This document shows, in pieces, positions 36,796-46,737 of a DNA stretch of 64,000 bases. Position 1 is the first letter of the stretch; every line of letters starts with the position of its first letter. The position numbers were made by a program, and so were the translations under genes. Origin of the DNA: a virus (lineage: Duplodnaviria; Caudoviricetes); IMG/VR virus record IMGVR_UViG_3300017755_000003, positions 20,218 to 84,217 of that record; one strand, 5' to 3'. Under the pieces are notes generated by a model that was not told where the DNA came from, did not search any database, and was given only the letters and a program-made list of their open reading frames with translations.

Positions 36796-37425
36796 ATGGC
36801 AATTTCAACACTATCAAAAATTACAGTCCCATTAGATTCTAGTGCATCTAGTTCTAATCAGGGCTTGTTGATGCCCAAACTCCAGTATCGCTTTAGAGTG
36901 AGCCTGGAAAATTTTGGAGTTTCAACACCAACAACAGAACTAACAAAACAAGTTGTAGACGTAACTAGACCAAACGTAAGTTTCGAACAGATTACAGTTG
37001 ATGTATACAACTCAAGAGTATACCTAGCAGGTAAACATACTTGGGAACCAATTACATTAAACTTAAGAGAAGATGTTTCAAACAACGTACAAAAACTAGT
37101 TGGTGAACAACTACAGAAACAATTTGATTTCTTTGAACAATCAAGTGCGGCTTCAGGTAGCGATTACAAATTCGTTACAAGAATCGAAATACTTGATGGT
37201 GGTAACGGAATCAATACAGCAAACGTTTTAGAAACATTTGAATTGTATGGTTGTTACTTAGAAAGTGCTAACTACAATACATTAGCATACGCAACTAACG
37301 ATCCAGTAACTGTAGCATTAGCTATCAGATACGATAATGCAATACAAAGTCCACAAGGAACTGGCGTAGGTACAGCAGTAGGTAGAACTGTTAATACGTT
37401 AATTACAGGTGGTGGATCTACATAA
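36796..37425 (+). CDS. Tail tube protein (T4 gp19-like)
   Basis: Follows the sheath gene; PKL.YRFRV, P..SFE, GK..WE.IT...R.D, W/F.L.GC......Y..L.Y, I.YD.A. Confidence 0.85.
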   Translation: MAISTLSKITVPLDSSASSSNQGLLMPKLQYRFRVSLENFGVSTPTTELTKQVVDVTRPNVSFEQITVDVYNSRVYLAGKHTWEPITLNLREDVSNNVQKLVGEQLQKQFDFFEQSSAASGSDYKFVTRIEILDGGNGINTANVLETFELYGCYLESANYNTLAYATNDPVTVALAIRYDNAIQSPQGTGVGTAVGRTVNTLITGGGST

Positions 37426-37460
37426 GATCTATAATTAAGTAATATTTCCTGAATATTTAA

Positions 37461-37492
37461 AGGGGGCTCTTTTTATTAAGAGCTCCTTTTTT
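37461..37492 (+). terminator. Rho-independent terminator
   Basis: GGGGCTCTT/AAGAGCTCC stem followed by a T-run after the tube gene. Confidence 0.7.
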
Positions 37493-37516
37493 ATTATCTG
37501 CGTACTTTATTTTTTA

Positions 37517-37524
37517 GATAAATA
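37517..37524 (+). promoter_or_regulatory. T4-type late promoter GATAAATA
   Basis: 5 nt upstream of the ATG at 37530. Confidence 0.65.
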
Positions 37525-37529
37525 TTAGT

Positions 37530-38912
37530 ATGGCAAATAAATTAAACGGTTTTTTGGATAATGTAGTTAGTGGTGCTTTAAGCCCAAAAGGTAACCTTGG
37601 TGACTTTGCTCACGGTGCCAGACTATATGTAGATGACGCACACAGGTTATCTCCCAAACATAAATTTTTATATCACGTAAGTTTTAACTTGAATCCTGTT
37701 GCAGTGAAAATTATTCCGCAACTAGAAACAAGAGAAATTAATATGCTCGTAAAGAGTGTTGACTTACCTAAGTATTCTATTAGTACTACACTTAAACATC
37801 AGTACAATAAGAAAGCAAACTTACAAACAAGATTAGATTACGATCCAATTAATATAGTATTCCATGATGATAACTATGGACAGGTTACTGCTATGTGGGA
37901 AGCCTACTATCGTTATTATTACAAAGATGGTAACTATGCTTCATTAAACGGAAGTTCAGATCCTGTTACGACATCAGGTGCATATCAAAGATCAAATACA
38001 TATCAAGCTGAAGGTAATCATTATAGATACGGACTAGACAACGACAGTCATTCACACTTCTTTGAAAGCATACAAATTTATCAACTACACAGACATAGAT
38101 ATACTTGTTTTACTTTAGTTAACCCTATCATTAGTGAATGGGGTCACGATACAATGGAAAACAGTTCAAGTGATCCTGTGCAGAACACTATGCAGGTACA
38201 ATATGAAACTGTATGGTATGCAAGAGGCGGAGTTGAAGAAGGAGCTTCACCTAAGTCATTTGGAGCGGCAAGTGGACACTATGATAAGATGCCATCACCT
38301 AATTCATTAGCAGGTGGCGGTGCGGCTAACTTGTTTGGCCAAGGTGGTATAGCCGCAGGGGCGGCAGATGTGTTTGGAGACATTACAAGTGGACAAGCAT
38401 TTAGTTCTCCAGCAAGTTTCTTAGGTACAGTTTTAAAAACTGGAAGTGTTATAGGTAACGCAAAACAATTAAGTAAAGAAGGATTGCGTGAAGAAGGCTT
38501 TGGTATATTAAAAGATCAAATAGGTAAGGCAGGAGGCATTGACGTAAGTGGTGTTGCCAACACAGCATTTCCTAAAGGAATAAGTGCAGGCAACTTTGAT
38601 GTTACTACAGCAGTTGCAGGTATGGCGGCAGGTGCGGCAGTGGTAAGTCAACTTAAAGGTGGATCATTAAGTAGTGTAACGTCTTTAGTTAGTAGCAATC
38701 CAGGTATACTAGACAGCATTACTAAAGCAGAAGGATTTAAAAAGGCACACCTAGCTTCAGGTGGTGATGCAACTCCAGATGCAATTTCAAGTGCATGGAA
38801 TAGTGCCACTTCATCAGCCAAGGAGGCCTACAATGCGGTAACTAAAGGTAACTTGAATTCAATATCTAATAAGAATACATACAATATTAAAGACGGAGGC
38901 ACTTATACATAA
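37530..38912 (+). CDS. Tail tube-like baseplate/tube initiator protein (gp48/gp54-like) with an Ala/Gly-rich tail
   Basis: PK.KFL..V.F, VK..DLPK, QYNKK....T...Y.PI.I.FHDD, L.NP.I....HD, ...YE is a tube-fold pattern. Confidence 0.6.
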   Translation: MANKLNGFLDNVVSGALSPKGNLGDFAHGARLYVDDAHRLSPKHKFLYHVSFNLNPVAVKIIPQLETREINMLVKSVDLPKYSISTTLKHQYNKKANLQTRLDYDPINIVFHDDNYGQVTAMWEAYYRYYYKDGNYASLNGSSDPVTTSGAYQRSNTYQAEGNHYRYGLDNDSHSHFFESIQIYQLHRHRYTCFTLVNPIISEWGHDTMENSSSDPVQNTMQVQYETVWYARGGVEEGASPKSFGAASGHYDKMPSPNSLAGGGAANLFGQGGIAAGAADVFGDITSGQAFSSPASFLGTVLKTGSVIGNAKQLSKEGLREEGFGILKDQIGKAGGIDVSGVANTAFPKGISAGNFDVTTAVAGMAAGAAVVSQLKGGSLSSVTSLVSSNPGILDSITKAEGFKKAHLASGGDATPDAISSAWNSATSSAKEAYNAVTKGNLNSISNKNTYNIKDGGTYT

Positions 38913-39274
38913 TGCCAAACATTCCAGCAAAGAAATTAGGAACTACAGAAAAAGTTAAAAAGTTTTTTAGCGAATATTACTCAGCACCTTTAGAATTTCC
39001 TTCAAACGAAGTTGATGCTGTAGTAGGTTTTTTTGAAACAAGAGGCTTTGAAAGATTATCTGCACAAACAATAGGTGCAGTACTAATGAGACAAGCAAAG
39101 ATAGACGACATAAAAGTTTTTGAATTGCTTGACACACTAAAAGGTTTCGATGAAATACAACTGTCGTCAGTAGTAACAGAAACATTAAATTACAATAGAC
39201 AAAAAATTAGTTCACTAGGCTACAAAGTAGACCAATCACAAAATAAATTAGAAACTAGAAACATACTGGTATAA
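38912..39274 (+). CDS. Conserved hypothetical phage protein
   Basis: 120-aa ORF translationally coupled by a TAATG overlap. Confidence 0.65.
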   Translation: MPNIPAKKLGTTEKVKKFFSEYYSAPLEFPSNEVDAVVGFFETRGFERLSAQTIGAVLMRQAKIDDIKVFELLDTLKGFDEIQLSSVVTETLNYNRQKISSLGYKVDQSQNKLETRNILV

Positions 39275-39278
39275 GCTC

Positions 39279-39719
39279 ATGGCAAGTAAGTTTGCACAAG
39301 GTAGATACAGCATGAAGCACCCAGACAAGTACTTGGGTAACAAGACTCCTTTGTATAGATCAAGTTGGGAATTTGCTTTTATGAAGTTCTGTGATGAGTC
39401 ACCTAGTGTAAGCAAGTGGGCAAGTGAGGCAGTAAAGATTCCTTACAAAAATCCTTTAACAGGTAAGATGACTGTTTACGTTCCAGACTTTATGATACAG
39501 TATACAGATGCAAAAGGTAAACAACACGCAGAGCTTATAGAAGTTAAACCTGAAAATCAAATGAAGTTAAAGGAAGTAGGTAGAGATAAATTTAGACAGG
39601 CACAGTACGTACAGAATGTTGCAAAGTGGGAAGCCGCCAGACATTGGTGTAAGAATAAAAAGATCTTTTTCAGAGTAATTACAGAAAAAGATATCTTCCA
39701 TCAGGGGAAGAGAAAATGA
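39279..39719 (+). CDS. Head completion nuclease (T4 gp4-like, TnsA-type)
   Basis: G.Y..K.P.KY.G, YRSSWE..FM..CD, W.SE...IPY, Y.PDF, IEVKP, N.AKW.AA...C. Confidence 0.88.
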   Translation: MASKFAQGRYSMKHPDKYLGNKTPLYRSSWEFAFMKFCDESPSVSKWASEAVKIPYKNPLTGKMTVYVPDFMIQYTDAKGKQHAELIEVKPENQMKLKEVGRDKFRQAQYVQNVAKWEAARHWCKNKKIFFRVITEKDIFHQGKRK

Positions 39720-39725
39720 GGGTAA

Positions 39726-39962
39726 ATGATAATCCACGCATTCGTGTTAGTTGTAGTTTTGGGAACAGGAGACGATCGTAGGGAACAACCAAATCCAATG
39801 TACTTTAGAAGTATAGATGTATGTCAGTATTATGCTCGACGCATACCTAGACAATACGGAAATTACGGTAATAAACATTTGGTTCCTGCAAAAGATCGTA
39901 TAACTGCATACTGCAAACCAACAAGTGTTGACGATTCAAAGACGTTAGTTTACGATCATTAA
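39726..39962 (+). CDS. Small hypothetical protein with a hydrophobic N-terminus and two Cys
   Basis: 78-aa ORF with a GAGG SD filling the gap. Confidence 0.55.
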   Translation: MIIHAFVLVVVLGTGDDRREQPNPMYFRSIDVCQYYARRIPRQYGNYGNKHLVPAKDRITAYCKPTSVDDSKTLVYDH

Positions 39963-40001
39963 ATGGACTAAATAATAGTAGCATATAATGGATTTAAAAA
40001 T

Positions 40002-40496
40002 ATGACCAAAAAATTAGAAGAACTACTTAACTTACCTGAAAGCCAGGATATAATAAAGGCTGATAAGGAAAAGGCTGACTCCAAGGAGAAAGCAGTAGTT
40101 GAGCAAAAAGAAGACTTCCGTGAAATAGCTGAACTAGATAAAATTAGTGCGGCACTACCACAAGTTAAGGGTCTGGGTGAACTAGCTGACAAAGAGCTAA
40201 ACGAAGTAGCAGACAAGGCCATGACTGCATATGATGATCTTATGGATTTAGGTATGAACGTAGAATCACGTTATAGTGGTCGTGTATTTGAGGTTGCAGG
40301 ACAGATGCTTAAAACTAATTTAGACGCCAAAACTGTAAAGCTACAGAACAAACTTAAGATGGTTGAACTGCAATTAAAGAAAGAAAAGCAGGATAAAGAA
40401 GGTGGAATTGATGGCGAGTCACTTGTAAATGGCGAAGGATACGTAGTAACTGACCGTAACTCTTTGCTTGATAAATTGAAAAACATGGATAAATAA
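40002..40496 (+). CDS. Terminase small subunit (T4 gp16-like), putative
   Basis: Coiled-coil with R.FEVAGQ.LK motif; upstream of terL; ACTAAATA at 39967-39974. Confidence 0.55.
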   Translation: MTKKLEELLNLPESQDIIKADKEKADSKEKAVVEQKEDFREIAELDKISAALPQVKGLGELADKELNEVADKAMTAYDDLMDLGMNVESRYSGRVFEVAGQMLKTNLDAKTVKLQNKLKMVELQLKKEKQDKEGGIDGESLVNGEGYVVTDRNSLLDKLKNMDK

Positions 40497-40513
40497 ACAT
40501 ATAAGGAAATACA

Positions 40514-41080
40514 ATGAAGAACTTTGAAACATATCTAACTGAAGCAAAAAAGACTTATAAGTTTAAGTTTGGTATTGCTGGGGACTTACCAGAAGGTTTT
40601 ACAGACAGTTGCGAAAGCTGTATGCAAAAATTTGGCCTTGTTAACATGACGCCACCTAAGAAGACTCCAATTCAAGAACGTCCATTAGACTTTCCTAAAT
40701 TACAAAATGTAGAGACTCACTACTTTGAAGTGGAATTGTCATATCCAACTACTGCACAAATACTAGGTGAATATATTTCACAAGTAACAGGAGTTGATCC
40801 AGCTTATATTTGTTTACGTGATGCAGAAGCACCACAAGAAGAATACCAAGACAAAGATTACAAACAAATTTACGAGCCTAAGTTAGGTTCAGAGATGGAA
40901 TCAGCTGATCCAGATGCACAAAAACAAGTAGCAGGTAATAGAGTGATGGACTTACTTAAAGAGCTTGAAGCTACTAGAAAAGATCGTGCAAACGATCCAA
41001 GTGTAGCAAGTGAGCCAGATAAAGAACAAAAACACGACATGGGTGAAGTTAGTACAACTAGTCCAGTAGGGAGCAAATAA
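40514..41080 (+). CDS. Hypothetical late (possibly head-associated) protein
   Basis: GATAAATA at 40488-40495; begins MKNFETYLTEA. Confidence 0.6.
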   Translation: MKNFETYLTEAKKTYKFKFGIAGDLPEGFTDSCESCMQKFGLVNMTPPKKTPIQERPLDFPKLQNVETHYFEVELSYPTTAQILGEYISQVTGVDPAYICLRDAEAPQEEYQDKDYKQIYEPKLGSEMESADPDAQKQVAGNRVMDLLKELEATRKDRANDPSVASEPDKEQKHDMGEVSTTSPVGSK

Positions 41081-41709
41081 TGAAAGCAAAAGATATTTAC
41101 AAAAAAATTGATTCATTAAATGAAGCTGTAAACATGAGCATTTCGATGTCAGGTGAAACTGCTGATGACGTAGCAACATTAATGAAGATGGTAAAGGACG
41201 CAGGCGGTAAGCCAGAGATAATGGCGCCTATGCCGAAACTGTCACCAAGAGATGACATAGAAAAAAGTTTAAAGGTAATGGATTTACCTATGCCACCAAA
41301 AGATGGTCCAGAGATGGGCGACATGGAGCCAGGTTGCGAAGATGAAGTAGCACAAGAAGGCGAAGGCGAATGGGACAATTCACCAGATGAGCAACACCAA
41401 GACACAGCTTATATGCAAAATGATTTAGCAGGTGGATTAAACAGACAGAAAAAATCTTATCCAAAAGTTGCAGGCGGAGATAATCCAATGGCACTTGAAG
41501 ATGAAATTAGAGCTGAGCTACACGCAAAACTTTCAGAAGTAATGAAAGAAGATAAAGAAGCTAAATTTGACGAAGCTGGTTGTGGAAAGAAAATGAAAAA
41601 ACTTAACGCAAGTGGCTGTACAAAAAACGAAATGAAGAAAAAAATAACTGCTGAGTATGGTTGCGATAGTAAGAAGTTTGAAAAACTATACGCAAGTCAT
41701 TGCGGTTAA
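41080..41709 (+). CDS. Acidic hypothetical protein (possible head internal/core protein)
   Basis: Low-complexity acidic 209-aa ORF. Confidence 0.55.
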   Translation: MKAKDIYKKIDSLNEAVNMSISMSGETADDVATLMKMVKDAGGKPEIMAPMPKLSPRDDIEKSLKVMDLPMPPKDGPEMGDMEPGCEDEVAQEGEGEWDNSPDEQHQDTAYMQNDLAGGLNRQKKSYPKVAGGDNPMALEDEIRAELHAKLSEVMKEDKEAKFDEAGCGKKMKKLNASGCTKNEMKKKITAEYGCDSKKFEKLYASHCG

Positions 41710-41739
41710 TTAACTAATTTCCTCCCAATTAGTAAAACC

Positions 41740-41764
41740 AAATAGCGTCTTCGGACGCTATTTT
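41740..41764 (+). terminator. cUUCGg hairpin terminator
   Basis: AAATAGCGTC-TTCG-GACGCTATTT followed by T; T4-type tetraloop. Confidence 0.75.
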
Positions 41765-41768
41765 CACC

Positions 41769-41776
41769 TATAAATA
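41769..41776 (+). promoter_or_regulatory. T4-type late promoter TATAAATA
   Basis: Exact consensus 5 nt before the terL ATG. Confidence 0.8.
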
Positions 41777-41781
41777 CTAGT

Positions 41782-43374
41782 ATGGCAACTACAAAAAGTC
41801 TAGACGGTGTTCTAACCAAAAAAGCACACCAACGTGAAAAGTTTAATGAAGCAGGAATTGAGGAACTAAAGAAATGTATAGATCCTGATACAGGGTATCT
41901 ATATTTTTGTCAAAAGTTTTTTCATATACAACATCCTGTTGACGGAAAGGTTATGTTTGATCCTTTTCAGTATCAAGAACGTTTACTAGAAAGTTATCAC
42001 AATCACAGATTTAATATTAATATGTTGCCAAGACAAAGTGGCAAGACAACTACTGCCGCGGCATACTTGTTATGGTATGCTATGTTTCATCCAGATCAAA
42101 CAATACTAATTGCCGCACACAAATACACAGGTGCTCAAGAGATCATGCAACGTATTAGATACGGATATGAATTATGTCCTGATAGCATTAGGGCAGGTGT
42201 AACAAACTACAACAAAGGTTCAATGGAATTTGAGAATGGTAGTAGAATAGTTAGTGCTACTACAACAGGTAACACAGGAAGAGGTATGTCAATATCTTTA
42301 CTATACTGTGATGAGTTTGCATTTGTTAATCCAAGTATTGCAGATGAATTTTGGACTTCGATATCTCCAACACTAGCAACAGGTGGTCGTGCAATTATCA
42401 CAAGCACACCTAACTCAGATGAAGATACGTTTGCTATTATATGGAAAGAATCACAAAACAAGTTTGATGAAAGTGGCAACGAAAGTTTAATAGGTACTAA
42501 CGGCTTTCATGGCTTTACTGCTAAATGGGACGAACATCCTGATAGAGATGAAGACTGGGCTAAAGTAGAAGTAGGTAGAATTGGTGAAGAAAGATTTAGA
42601 CGCGAGTATGGTTGTGAATTCTTAGTTTATGACGAAACACTTATTAACAGTATTAAACTTTCTAGTTTAGAAGGTACCGAGCCTACAATGAATATGGGGC
42701 AAACACGTTGGTATGGTAAGCCAGAAGGTAATAGCACTTATGTTGTTGCACTAGATCCTGCTATGGGAACAGGTGGCGACTTTGCCGCTATTGAAGTATT
42801 TGAATTGCCAACATATAAACAAGTTGCTGAATGGCGACACAACACTACACCAATACCTGCACAGATAAGAATATTAAAAGACATTTGTAATTATATAAAA
42901 GAATGCTGTCAAAATGATGGACAAAACATCTATTGGTCAGTAGAAAACAACAGCATCGGAGAAGGTGCATTGATAGTTATTAGAGACATGGGCGAAGAGA
43001 ATATACCAGGTATGTGTGTATCAGAACCCATTAGAAAAGGTCATGTACGTAAGTTTAGAAAAGGATTTAACACTACACACAGCACAAAGATAAGTGCTTG
43101 TACTAGATTAAAAAACATGGTTGAAAACGACAAGCTAACAATAAACAGCAAAGTATTAATAAGTGAACTTAAGGCTTTTGTTGCTAGTGGTAGTAGTTTT
43201 AAAGCAAAACCAGGTGAAACAGACGATCTAGTGAGTGCTTGTTTACTGAGTATGCGTATCATGGCAGTATTAAAAGATTGGGATCCTAGAGTGTATGAAA
43301 CCTTCAATCAAGCGGATACAGGCGACGATGCAACACCGCCCATGCCTATATTTGTTTCAACAAACATAAGATAA
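41782..43374 (+). CDS. terL: Terminase large subunit (T4 gp17-like)
   Basis: PRQSGKTT Walker A, LLYCDEFAFV Walker B, ITSTPN, F.REY.CEF, LDPA.G.G.D, VENN..G, DDLV.A. Confidence 0.95.
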   Translation: MATTKSLDGVLTKKAHQREKFNEAGIEELKKCIDPDTGYLYFCQKFFHIQHPVDGKVMFDPFQYQERLLESYHNHRFNINMLPRQSGKTTTAAAYLLWYAMFHPDQTILIAAHKYTGAQEIMQRIRYGYELCPDSIRAGVTNYNKGSMEFENGSRIVSATTTGNTGRGMSISLLYCDEFAFVNPSIADEFWTSISPTLATGGRAIITSTPNSDEDTFAIIWKESQNKFDESGNESLIGTNGFHGFTAKWDEHPDRDEDWAKVEVGRIGEERFRREYGCEFLVYDETLINSIKLSSLEGTEPTMNMGQTRWYGKPEGNSTYVVALDPAMGTGGDFAAIEVFELPTYKQVAEWRHNTTPIPAQIRILKDICNYIKECCQNDGQNIYWSVENNSIGEGALIVIRDMGEENIPGMCVSEPIRKGHVRKFRKGFNTTHSTKISACTRLKNMVENDKLTINSKVLISELKAFVASGSSFKAKPGETDDLVSACLLSMRIMAVLKDWDPRVYETFNQADTGDDATPPMPIFVSTNIR

Positions 43375-43377
43375 ATA
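43370..43377 (+). promoter_or_regulatory. T4-type late promoter GATAAATA
   Basis: 5 nt before the ATG at 43383. Confidence 0.65.
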
Positions 43378-43382
43378 GTTAT

Positions 43383-45563
43383 ATGAGCAATATGAACAAT
43401 ATATCAGATCAGCTATTTGCTAAGATTAGAGGCAGATTTCCATCAGTTACAATCGGTGACGAAAACGGAGTTGTAACAGACGAGCCTAAGTTAGCACGTT
43501 ATTTTGACTTTGACTACAAAGTAGGCGAAGATTCATTAGGTAAAGTAAGTGTGTCACTTACTGAAAAAGAAGTTGCTGTAACATACAACAACACTTTTGT
43601 AAGCGAACAGCCAGATAGCATCAAAGGACAGTGGTACGATTTTCTAAAAGAATTAAGATCGTTTTCCAAAAGAAATATGCTTAACTTTGATACACGTGAT
43701 ATAACAAAAAGTAATCTTGATAAAAGAGATTACTCACACTTAACTAAACAGAACGATACTGCCGGAGACAAAACAATGAGTGAATCAAAAATGTACGGCA
43801 CTAGTAGAACAAGTTACGAAGATGTAGACAAAGCTAGGCTAGTACTTAAACATACACAACCAGTTAACCAAGAGTTACCTGGAGCAAGAACACAACACGT
43901 ACACAGCATTTATATTGAAAGTGACAGTGGCGAAAGATTTAAATATCCATTTAGACACTTGAATGGTGCAAGAGCTTTAGCTAGACACGTAAGCGAAGGC
44001 GGAAATTTATATGATGACTTTGGTAAACATATCGTTTCACTCAGCGAAGAATTATCAAAGCTACGTCAATTTAAAACTTACATGAATCGTTCAGCTGTAA
44101 TGGCAGAAGGTTTATCAGGTTACATGGATCTAGTTAACGAAAGACTAGACACAATTAAAACTGAAGTATTGAAATTGCAACGTGCAGGACATTACGCAGA
44201 AACAGTTAAAGATTTTAAACCAGCTGTGATGGAAGAAGTTCCAGAAGAATTACAAAACAGTTGGATTGACGAACTAACTATTAGAACTTTTAACGAAGAA
44301 CTAAAAAGTGTATTCCCATACATTAACAAGTTAGTAAGTGAAAAGAATAAAATTGAAGAAGTAGGTCCAAGTGATATGGGCATGAACAAATACGGTTTGT
44401 CAGCAGTACACAAGGGCGGAAAATTTTATTCTTACAGAGATGGAAAAGAAACAGGTGGACCATTTGATTCAATGGAAGAACTTGCAAAACATCAAGAAGA
44501 ATTAATTCAAGACGAAGCTATGGGACACGAAGGTGGATCAGAAGCACACGCACACAAGATTGATATCGATGGTGACTATGATGAAGACAGAGGCATTAGC
44601 GAAAAAGATTGTGAAGAAATGGAATATGCTTGTGGAAAAGCTGGTATCAAATGTAAATGCGAGCCAGATGAAATGAGCCAAGGTGGAGTTATTGTACACA
44701 CAATGGCACCACGTGATGCAGTAATAGATGCTTTGGACAAAGAAGGTTATTCTGTCAATGAGGACAGCGACCTACATCCAGAAGCAGAATTCGAAAATGA
44801 ATTATCCATGATAGTGGGAGAGACAGAAGATGCTTTAATTAACGGTGAAGGTAAAGACCAAGAAGCCGCAATTAAAAAACTAAATGGCTTAATGGCACAG
44901 CATTTCCCGGCTGGTGTTAATGGTAACAATGCTGTTCAAAGTTTGAAGGGCATCATAGATGACCCGATGCTACTCGATATGTTTAAGAAAGTAGGACAAA
45001 AAGATGCAGACCAGTGCATAAGACCTTTAGTAGTAAAATACGTAAAAGCGAAAGCACCTACTATTTCATCTAAAATTGATTCAGGTGATATGGAAGCTCC
45101 TACAGAAGAGTCAATGGACTTGAAAGACAAGGAAGATTACAAAGCAAAGAAAAAAGCATTACAAGATATCCAAATGGATCCAAACACGCACAAAGACGAA
45201 AAGTTAAAGAAAGAACTTATGCGTAAGAAAGCGGATTTGGACTCAGCGGCAAAAGACAAAGGCTACAAGGAAGATGATGACACTATTGATGTTAAAATTG
45301 GACCAGATGGTAGTCTTGAAAAAGATGACAAAGCGATGAACAAAGAAGACGATAGAACACCAGGTGAGAAGTTAGAAGAATTGGTTAAGTCACATTACGA
45401 CTACACTTCTAATTCATTTCCAAAAGGTGAAACTGCTATCGTAACTGCTTGTGAAAAAGAGTTTGGCGATAAGGCAATACCATTTGCTGTTAAAATGATC
45501 GAAAGACTTAAAGGCGGTAAAGATCGCGAGATGGAAAGAATTAAACACCTAGCAGGTGTATAA
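43383..45563 (+). CDS. Large acidic hypothetical late protein (possible head internal protein)
   Basis: 726 aa; GERFKYPF.HL.GARA.ARHV..GG..YD..G..I; ends ERIKHLAGV. Confidence 0.65.
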   Translation: MSNMNNISDQLFAKIRGRFPSVTIGDENGVVTDEPKLARYFDFDYKVGEDSLGKVSVSLTEKEVAVTYNNTFVSEQPDSIKGQWYDFLKELRSFSKRNMLNFDTRDITKSNLDKRDYSHLTKQNDTAGDKTMSESKMYGTSRTSYEDVDKARLVLKHTQPVNQELPGARTQHVHSIYIESDSGERFKYPFRHLNGARALARHVSEGGNLYDDFGKHIVSLSEELSKLRQFKTYMNRSAVMAEGLSGYMDLVNERLDTIKTEVLKLQRAGHYAETVKDFKPAVMEEVPEELQNSWIDELTIRTFNEELKSVFPYINKLVSEKNKIEEVGPSDMGMNKYGLSAVHKGGKFYSYRDGKETGGPFDSMEELAKHQEELIQDEAMGHEGGSEAHAHKIDIDGDYDEDRGISEKDCEEMEYACGKAGIKCKCEPDEMSQGGVIVHTMAPRDAVIDALDKEGYSVNEDSDLHPEAEFENELSMIVGETEDALINGEGKDQEAAIKKLNGLMAQHFPAGVNGNNAVQSLKGIIDDPMLLDMFKKVGQKDADQCIRPLVVKYVKAKAPTISSKIDSGDMEAPTEESMDLKDKEDYKAKKKALQDIQMDPNTHKDEKLKKELMRKKADLDSAAKDKGYKEDDDTIDVKIGPDGSLEKDDKAMNKEDDRTPGEKLEELVKSHYDYTSNSFPKGETAIVTACEKEFGDKAIPFAVKMIERLKGGKDREMERIKHLAGV

Positions 45564-45598
45564 GAATTTATAAAGCCACTTTTTTGGCATCATAAAGG

Positions 45599-45627
45599 TT
45601 GACTTTATAAGTAAGTTTGTGTATTAT
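45599..45627 (+). promoter_or_regulatory. Sigma70-like promoter
   Basis: TTGACT-17 bp-TATTAT upstream of gp32. Confidence 0.65.
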
Positions 45628-45701
45628 AGTAAATGTACTGCACAATCAAGGCAATACAACAACAAGCAACGAAGGCTTAAAAATTATAGGAGGCTTATAT
45701 T

Positions 45702-46679
45702 ATGGCTACATTAGCAGAAATTCGTGCAAAACTAAAAGAACAGGAAACCCGCTCATCGGGTCAATCCACAGGCGGCGACAACGCCATTTACCCATTTTGG
45801 AACTTAAAGGAAGGCGAAACATCAACTGTTCGTTTCTTACCTGACGGTGACGAAAACAATACATTTTTCTGGCAAGAACGTTTGATGATCAAACTTCCAT
45901 TTGCTGGAATCAAAGGTGAGACAGACTCTCGCCCTGTACAGGTACAAGTACCTTGTATGGAAATGTATGGGGAAACTTGCCCAGTACTTTCAGAAGTACG
46001 TGGTTGGTTTAAAGACAAGAACTTAGAAGACATGGGACGTAAGTATTGGAAAAAACGTTCATATGTATTCCAAGGCTTTGTTACAGACAATCCTTTAAAA
46101 GAGGATACCACTCCAGCAAATCCAATTAGACGTTTCATAATTGGTCCACAAATATTCCAAATTATTAAAGGAGCATTAATGGATCCGGATATGAACGAAC
46201 TACCTACTGATTATACAGCAGGTGTAGACTTTAGGATTGCTAAAACATCAAAAGGTGGTTATGCAGACTACTCAACATCAAATTGGGCTCGTAGAGAGAG
46301 ACCATTAGATGAAGCAGAGTACAAAGCTATTGAAGATAGCGGTTTGTTTAATCTAAGTGATTACTTGCCTAAGAAACCAGATGAGGTTCAAGTTGGCGTA
46401 ATTAAAAAGATGTTTGAAGCATCAGTTGACGGTGAAGCATACGACATGGAACAGTTTGGTCAATACTTTAGACCAGCAGGCGTAAGTGCAAGAACAGGTG
46501 ATCCTGTAAAAGCAAGTACTCCAACTCCAGCGGCGGCTCCAGCACAGGCGGCACCAGTAGTAGAAGCTACTGCAACGGCTCCAGTGACACCAGCGGCAAC
46601 TACTGAGTCAGCAACTGCACCAGCAGACAATAATAAAGCGGAAGACATTCTTGCAATGATCCGCAACAGACAACAGTAA
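45702..46679 (+). CDS. Single-stranded DNA-binding protein (T4 gp32-like)
   Basis: VRFLPD, PC.E..GE.CPV, KKRSY, G.DF.I.KT..GGYADYS.S.W, Ala/Pro linker; precedes uvsX. Confidence 0.85.
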   Translation: MATLAEIRAKLKEQETRSSGQSTGGDNAIYPFWNLKEGETSTVRFLPDGDENNTFFWQERLMIKLPFAGIKGETDSRPVQVQVPCMEMYGETCPVLSEVRGWFKDKNLEDMGRKYWKKRSYVFQGFVTDNPLKEDTTPANPIRRFIIGPQIFQIIKGALMDPDMNELPTDYTAGVDFRIAKTSKGGYADYSTSNWARRERPLDEAEYKAIEDSGLFNLSDYLPKKPDEVQVGVIKKMFEASVDGEAYDMEQFGQYFRPAGVSARTGDPVKASTPTPAAAPAQAAPVVEATATAPVTPAATTESATAPADNNKAEDILAMIRNRQQ

Positions 46680-46687
46680 TTATATTA

Positions 46688-46713
46688 GGGGTGTGTTGTA
46701 ACAGGCACACCCC
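46688..46713 (+). other. Intergenic RNA hairpin
   Basis: GGGGTGTG...CACACCCC 8-bp stem between gp32 and uvsX with no T-tract. Confidence 0.55.
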
Positions 46714-46737
46714 AAGTATATGGATTAAGGAGATATA

